Of a DNA stretch of 64,000 nt, positions 54,777-64,000 are shown piece by piece. Source of the DNA: Eledone cirrhosa (Eukaryota). Under the pieces are notes generated by a model that made no database searches, was not told the origin of the DNA, and saw only the letters and a program-made list of their open reading frames with translations. The first letter of the stretch is position 1. Each line of letters begins with the position of its first letter. The DNA is taken from assembly GCA_964016885.1 (NCBI GenBank), contig OZ024744.1:24986001-25050000 (forward strand), read 5' to 3'. The translations under genes were made by a program, and so were the position numbers.

Positions 54777-56125
54777 CACACATATATTTCTCATTCTTAC
54801 TTTAGTCATATTTAATGAAAAAATGCATTACCATGTATTTTCTTCATTAAACCCTATATGCGTTTTCATGTGTAATTTTTGTTGCATATGCTATTAAAAT
54901 CGTAATGATATTCATATCTATATTTGTTCCTATATATTTCATATGTTTGCAATACGTAAAAACTATTCGTTCTGAGTGGCATGCCTTGTGTATCTATCTA
55001 TCTATCATCTTTCTATCTTTCTCTCTATCTTTCTCTCTATCTTTCTCTCTATCTATTTTTACTATGTGTGTCTGTCTGTGTATGTGGTTGTGCCTTAACA
55101 TACAAAATACTAAATAATTTTATGCCATAGCCAAAAAAGAAAAAAAAATACGACTAACAAACAAATAATACTAGTACTACTACTAATAATAATAATAATA
55201 ATGGATTTTTATTATTATTATTATAATAACAATAATAATAATAATAATTGTTGTTTCTACCGATTCTGCCATTCTACAATAATAATAGTTTATTTATATA
55301 TCGTTGTTTATTTATGCAAATTTCAATCGATAAATAATAAATAAATTCCATTCTATATAGAAGATGTAAATGAAATAATTATGTAATTGTTGGAGTAATG
55401 GTAGGAGCTATTAACCATTGTTCTAAAACAACACTGTAAGTAAAAATAGCTGTTGAGAGGGACACGCTATCATATAGCATTACACCTCCCACCCAGACAA
55501 CCAGCCAGACTGTCGGCCAATCACTACTGCCATATATACCACCATAATCACTACCACCATCAACACCACCATAACAACAACGACCCTCACCATAACAGCC
55601 ATCACCACCACCACCACCCTAAACACGACGACCACCATCACCACCACCACCACCAAAGAGAACACTATTTTCACCAACGACACCACCAACACCATAACCA
55701 CCACCACCATCACCACTTCCACCACCACCACCACCACCACCACCATCACCACAACCACAACCACCATCACCACCACCACCACCATCACCACCAACATCAA
55801 AAAAATAACGGAAACAATAATTTAAAAAATAACAGAAAAATAAAATATAAATAGATAAATATGTAAATAAATTAAGTCATTCTTTTTTTTATTTTATTAT
55901 TTTCGTTCTTATTTCACTCATTAGCTTGTGGCCATGCTGGAGCACCGCTGTGATTTAATCGATCTTATTGACCCATATATTTATTCTATTGATCACGTTT
56001 TGTCCGAGTTTTGGATTAAACATCGACACACATATATATACACATGCGCCACTCACACACACAAACACATATATGTGTATGTGTGTATGTATGAATATAT
56101 GTGTATATATATATATATGTGATTG

Positions 56126-56192
<67 letters not shown>

Positions 56193-56268
56193 ATATATGT
56201 ATATATATATATGTGTATGTGTATATATATATATATATATGTTTATATATATATACATGTATATATAT

Positions 56269-56360
<92 letters not shown>

Positions 56361-56537
56361 ATATATATATGTATATGTATACATGTATATATATATACAT
56401 AGTAATAGTAATAAATATGAATACTAAAATCCAAGCGATTCCTTGCTTAAACTTTAATCTAGATATATAGGTATGAATATATATATAATATGTATATTTA
56501 TATACATGTATATATATATACATTTATATACATATAT

Positions 56538-56622
<85 letters not shown>

Positions 56623-56661
56623 TATAAATGTATATATATATATACATTTATAGACATATAT

Positions 56662-56730
<69 letters not shown>

Positions 56731-56979
56731 TAGGGTGCCAATATTGGTGTCAGAGTTGGAAGTAGTACGGAAGTAAAACACCGGCGTGATCAGGTAAGAA
56801 GATATTTTATGGTGCGATACCATAGAATTGTTGACCATTCAAACGAACGGACACACATGCATACACACACATGCATACATATACACATATACATGCACAC
56901 ACATATACATACATACACTCATACACATTTTATATATATATACATATACATAGATATACACATACATATGTTATATATG

Positions 56980-57024
<45 letters not shown>

Positions 57025-57029
57025 ATATA

Positions 57030-57078
<49 letters not shown>

Positions 57079-57094
57079 ATATATACACACACAC

Positions 57095-57232
57095 CTGAAA
57101 TAGCTGTCGAAACGGCTTGAGCTCTGCGTCGTGGTCCTGAACATTTTCCTATTACCCATTCTACTACCCAAAGTATTGAGTACTCTGGTACGTTATGGTC
57201 CACCTGGTTCCTTACCCCACTTCCTTCGTTAT
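57095..57232 (+). mobile_element. Family X element
   Basis: Single arm followed by (TA)n. Confidence 0.75.
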
Positions 57233-57239
57233 ATATATA

Positions 57240-57866
57240 TCTAAACTATAATAAAGCAAGTTCTGCGGGTCTGCGTACGGTTTATTTAATGTTTTACCCC
57301 GTTCGTAAAATAAATTGGATTACTTTGAATAAATAACGAATGAATATTACATAATTTATCTACTAAATTTCGTAAATATAAATAATTTAAAATTGACTTC
57401 TTTTCAAAGTTGCACTTCCGGTATATCGTTGCCACCACCATTACTTCAACTACCATATATATAGAAAGAGAGAGTGTGTGATGTCAACACTTCCGGTGGC
57501 GATCACTTAAATAAACATACTCATTTTCTCCTAATGCAGTTTATATATAATATCTGTTCCTACTTTAGGCACAAGGCCAGCAATTACCCAGTGCATTACT
57601 GGTACTTTATTTTATCGACCCCGTAAGGATGAAAGGCAAAGTCAACCTCGTCGGGATTTGAATATCGTCCTCTTTTAATGTATCATGGATACGTTACTGA
57701 TTACATAAGACAGTGTAACGACGTCTTTGTTCAATTTCTGTGTATATTGCCAATTACGATTTTATTTGTTGTATCATATCTACATGTATATATATTTGCT
57801 TATAATATGAATATACACACTACACATGCTAGCAGAAAACCACTCGAAGGGTAGTTTTTCCGCTAG
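57240..57866 (+). mobile_element. Non-autonomous Helitron
   Basis: A|TCTAAACTATAATAAA 5' end, 3' hairpin AAAACCACTC-GAA-GGGTAGTTTT then CTAG|T. Homologous to 63325-63807. Confidence 0.8.
57555..57660 (-). mobile_element. SINE family A inserted in the Helitron
   Basis: TSD AATATC. Absent from the second Helitron copy. Confidence 0.85.
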
Positions 57867-57912
57867 TATTATATAATAATTGTGCACACTTACTACAACG
57901 GGCCACACACAC

Positions 57913-58002
<90 letters not shown>

Positions 58003-59491
58003 ACACACATATATATATACACTCCAAATTCCACTCACAATGGTCAACTCTAGACTATAATAGAAGACACGACTGAACCGAGAACCACGTGACTGCGAAG
58101 CGAACTCCGTAACCACGCACCCATGCCTCTCTCTATATTGTTCTTTTTCTTTCTGTTATTTTTATCTTCTTTTCTCTTTCTGTTCTGTTTTCTTCTTTTA
58201 GCTTTCTTTCATACACACTCAGGCGTGTGTCCAATCTCTGTCACTTCTTTATCTATCTCTTCTTATACATACATACAGCAACAAGTACAAAAATACGCGG
58301 CTCGCCAACCATATTAGTAACCAGGCAGGTTCATGAAGTACAATTGACTCACCTGCCTGGCCGCACCCTGTTTCCTCAGTGCAGTCACATTCAAACACAA
58401 TATCGCTGTACCTGTTCACCGCATTGCTCAGTCGGCAGGGCACCCTCGTCTTTATTTTTAGTTATTTTATTTTATTATTATTTTATTATTATTATTTTCA
58501 ATTGTAAAGTCTCAAGTTCGAGTTGTTATTCTGTTAAGTTTTGTGTCAGTTGAATAAGAACAAAACAAACAAAAGCACAATAACAACAAAAGCAAGAAGA
58601 AAATGATAGAAAATCTTGGTTTCTTATCAAATCTTTTTCGGCATTTTTTGTTGTTTTGTTTTGTTTTTTGCCTTGGGGTGGAGGGTGGGGAGTATTGTTT
58701 CATTTACTTTTTCCTTTCATATTATCAATGTGATTCATCAGCCATACCTTGACACAAACATATCTGTTAATTATGACAAAATCATCAAAAGATCAATTAG
58801 TGATCATAGTCTGCCAATGAATTTTTATTCTCCCCCCCCCCCCCCGCCCCGCCCTCACCCGTCCCAACCACTTGATTTTTCTTCTTTTCATAGTGACAAA
58901 TATTTACATTTAAATAGAACAAAATAAATACATTAAATCGATGTTGTGAACTTTCTAATATATTTTATCTGTATTAAACTTTCATTTTATTTTAATAAAA
59001 ATAGAAATACAAAGAAAAAAAGAAACAACAAAAAAACTAACAAACAAAAACACTAAAAATTAGAAGCAAAATAATCGTTGCTTTCAATTTTTGAGAAAGT
59101 AGCAAAGCAGAAACCAGTTTGCGTCTAAAGACATGACAACGTCTTCTCTACACTCGATATGAACATACATACGTGGGATACAGACCCCTCGGTCTGTCCT
59201 GGATGTCAATAGCACCGCTTCAGTCTATGTAGATCCGCCCAACCCTTGCTAGCAAGGAAAGTGGATGTTAAATGATGATGATGATATCTGTTAGTTTTAA
59301 ACCTTATCTGGGGAGAATGTCACCTGGTAATCATTAACGGTGGACTCAATTTATCAACATTTATTTATGAGGTCTATTCTATAAGGTCTATTCTATTTTA
59401 TTGCGCGAATTTAACTTTGCTACATTAGTAAACAAAAAAAAGTGTAGCTTCCTTTTCTACAAGCAGCACCATCAATTAGTAACATACTCAC

Positions 59492-59657
59492 TAATAGCTA
59501 ATGAGATACTGATGGGAATCTCTGTACGGTTCCTTCTCCTGCAAGACGTTACATCCCAATCTTCTTCAAATGTCACTATACCGCCTGCAACATGGATAAA
59601 TATAGAGAATGAAGCAATTCTGAATACAATATGCCAGGAAAAAAACATGATGGTCAT
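59492..59657 (-). CDS. Candidate first coding exon: signal peptide plus LRRNT-like segment
   Basis: MTIMFFSWHIVFRIASFSIFIHVAGGIVTFEEDWDVTSCRRRNRTEIPISISLAI, then an A|GTGAGT donor. C..RN.TEIP resembles an LRR N-cap. Confidence 0.4.
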
Positions 59658-60154
59658 ATTTAGAATGTCTGTCGAACTATAAATTATTAACATACAGAAA
59701 TAATTCTGTTGGCACGTGTGAATGCTGTCAGAGAACAAGGGAAAGTGGGGCCTTGCTTATATACCAGCAGAAAATGAATGTTTCATTAAGTCTTCAAAAT
59801 ACCGACACAGGCGTCACAAAAGAACATTTATAAATAAGCCACATACATACACGACACTACACAAGAGGTGACAATAACAAACAACAACAACAAAACAGGA
59901 AGCACCATTATCTCCCGTTCAAACATCAGAGAATCACATAAATAAACTTTGCAAACATAGCACACCCGAATATATTTCGCACATCCACAACAATTCAAAA
60001 ATGATGTAGTGTGCAAGAATTACAAATTATGTAAGTTTTCGAATGGAAAACCACAAGGATCCGTCCTTTCACCTACTTAGTTTTCAACTTTTACGAACTT
60101 CCCGCTTCTCAGGAAACATAAAGATTACGTCACATGCAGACCACACAACAGGAA

Positions 60155-60275
60155 CATCATCCAGTCATGACTTTCTCTCAAAACTACGCTACAACGAGAT
60201 GGAATGGTTCTTCCAGCGCATCTCCCTTACCATCCCCCGGGGAAACGCTTTCTCCATTCTGTCCGTCGGGGCCGT
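60155..60275 (+). mobile_element. CRE-like non-LTR retrotransposon C-terminal relic
   Basis: HDFLSKL..EWFFQRISLTIPRGNAFSIL matches the FQRISxAIQRGNAxSIL end motif of CRE-type ORFs. Confidence 0.7.
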
Positions 60276-60417
60276 GGGGCGGCCAGCATGTGGGACTCCA
60301 TTTGCTCATAATAGACGGGAAGGGCGGAAGAGACGGAGGTGATGACAGTGGGAGTTTGGTTCTTCCGTGTTTGGACGCATTTATCAATTCTATGTTGTTA
60401 GAGAATATTATTATTAT

Positions 60418-60597
60418 GTGGATTGGCAGTATCGGTAGGGGGTCGGACGCCATGCTTTCCAGCATAGTTACGTCCCTTTACAGTCTGAGTTCAAATTCCG
60501 CCGAGGTTAACTTTGCTTTTCATCCTTACGGGGTCGATAAAATAAAGTACCAGTAATGTACTGGGTAATTGATGGCCTTGTGCCAAAAGTGGAAACA
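60418..60597 (+). mobile_element. SINE family A, full length
   Basis: A/B boxes. TSD ATTATTATTATG. Confidence 0.9.
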
Positions 60598-60799
60598 ATT
60601 ATTATTATGGTCATTTGCGTTGGGATGCACAAGTTACTATAAATTCGATAAGAAACTTAAATAAGCACCTAACAAATCTATTGTTTCTCTTCCCACAAGC
60701 AACACACGACATCTACAGCTACTGACCAGCGAAATTCAACACCATAAACTTGCTACAGACGCACACACACATACACAGACACACACACAAGCACACACG

Positions 60800-60854
<55 letters not shown>

Positions 60855-62459
60855 AGAAGGCCAAAACAATATTAGGAATTACAGCTATCACTTGGAGCCC
60901 ATTCACAACACACTATGAAGATATTGTATAGAAAGCGAAGTTATGCACACACATAGTTAGAGCAGTCGTCACAAGGACCACATCTGCCTAACAGAAAGAA
61001 ACAACAACAAAAATGGGATAAAAACAATACATTAGATCCATTATGGACGATAGCAGTCTCGCCAAGTCCACAATCTCTTCACCACAATCTACAATAAACT
61101 ACAAAGAACATAATACAATACAATACACATCATCGCTAGGCTATAAAATTAATAAATAACGACTTCTAAACCACGAATTGTTTTTTCTTCTCTTTCTCTC
61201 TCCTTTTTTTTTTGTTTTGTTTTTGAGGCGGGGACAGTATATAGTCTGTAATATCGATCTGTGAGACTTGATTTGTAATTAATCGCGTTAACAACGGTGT
61301 CTCTACGCGATGGTCAAAGCTGGAATGCTTTTTATTATACGTCAAACCCATGAGCAATAAGCACTGGTACTTATATTATCTTCAGTCACTTTATTTCGTT
61401 ATTATACTTCTCAGTAATCATTCGATTGCGGTGGGTGTTTAACAAATAACGGAGCTGTCAAAACTGAGATAATTATAATGATGATTTTGAATTTAGGCAC
61501 GTGGCCAACAACTTTCTGGAGCGGTGGACTGGGGGGTCGATTACATCTACCTCAGTACGTGATGTAGGGGAATTGGCAAATTGGTAGAGCAACGGAGAGT
61601 GTGCTCTTACATGATAGGTTCAAATTGCACCTGGGTCAAATTTGTCTATTTGATCGGTTGTATTCCCGCTACTTCACAAAAAGATGAATTAAAAATGGTA
61701 TCACGTGTGACTATTTTAGAAACAACATAGGACAATGTAGTAGTGTCTGTTATACTGGATGGTCATGACTGGAATTCCTTTCCTCATAGGTTTTCTGGAT
61801 CATGGTTTACATGAAGGTTAGTTAGCATCATTTGCAGGGTTGAACCGTCCTAAAGGGGATGACGACTGTACCCCCCCCCCCCCAGAATAGGTTTCCGTTG
61901 ATGATAAAGAAAGGTCGGCTGTGATCAAATAGAACTGTAATCAAAGGCGGGCCAGCCGTGACCATCCATTTCACCTACTCGGAGGGACACCAGAATCACT
62001 TTAAACAACGTGTCCGAGGTGAGGGTTTGATTTGAGGGTGATTTGTCTGCTATTTCTAGTAACCTCGACCACCCAAAGGTTTTACGAAGGGAGGAGCAGG
62101 GCACTTTTGTTAATATGCAAGTCCCTGTTCTACAAAATGTTGGTATGGTCATGGCAGGAACGACTTTGATGTGCGGTGAGCCGGCGCCAAACAACAACAA
62201 AGAAGACAACAACAATAAGAAGAACGACAAACGACAACAAAAAGCCAACAAATCTGGTTTATTTATATTTTCTCGAGAAACACGGTTAACCTATAATTGA
62301 AAGCACTATTAGCTTTTTAGTTTATTTTATTTATTTTTATTTTTTATGCTCTATTTCATTACGTGCTTTCGCCTAGCATCTTCAGGCGCCTATATCCATC
62401 TGGGTATGTATGTATCCGTGTGCGTGTGTTTCAGTGTGTATGTGTGTTTACACATGCAT

Positions 62460-62517
<58 letters not shown>

Positions 62518-62549
62518 ATATGTATATATATGTATGTATATATATATAT

Positions 62550-62617
<68 letters not shown>

Positions 62618-62671
62618 ATATATATATGTATGTATATATATATATATATATGTGTATGCATATATGAATAT

Positions 62672-62992
<321 letters not shown>

Positions 62993-63019
62993 CTGTGTGT
63001 GTGTGTGTGTACTGTATAC

Positions 63020-63052
<33 letters not shown>

Positions 63053-63227
63053 CACACACACATATATTTATTTATTTATATACACGCATATATATATATA
63101 CACACACATATATTTATTTATTTATATACATATATATATATGTGTGTATATATATACATACATTTCTATTGAATACATTTGTAAACCAAGCATTCCTTTA
63201 CATTCACACACATACATGTATAGATAC

Positions 63228-63807
<580 letters not shown>

Positions 63808-63811
63808 TATA

Positions 63812-63967
63812 TATAACGAAGGATGTGTGGTAAGGAACCAGATGGACCATAACGCACCAGAGTACTCAATACTTAGGGTAGTATAGTGGGTAATAGGAAA
63901 ATGTTTAAACCCGACGGCAGAGCTCAAGCCGTTTTGACGGCTGTTTCTGGACTGTCCAGAAATAGCC
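63812..63967 (-). mobile_element. Family X element
   Basis: Full arm on the minus strand followed by the short inverted start GTCCAGAAATAGCC. Confidence 0.75.
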
Positions 63968-64000
63968 TTAACGGGATCTTCTGAAACTAAAAAAGTCAGT

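Overview
Repeat-saturated, AT-rich eukaryotic DNA that is mostly intronic or intergenic. The (TA)n/(CA)n density and the SINE families suggest a coleoid cephalopod such as octopus (inference, no search run). Nearly all ORFs in the track are microsatellite artefacts. Supported content: many copies of a tRNA-derived SINE with an (ATT)n tail and clear TSDs, a second SINE family, two non-autonomous Helitrons, a piggyBac-like and a Tc1/mariner-like MITE, 3' fragments of Tx1/L1, RTE and CRE-like LINEs, and 42-, 51- and 29-bp minisatellites. There are also a few candidate exons on both strands. The most notable signal is a set of short, often palindromic elements inside (TA)n tracts that carry hammerhead-ribozyme motifs. 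In one family, helix II shows compensatory substitutions around a conserved C-C mismatch. This fits non-autonomous Penelope-like or retrozyme-type elements.
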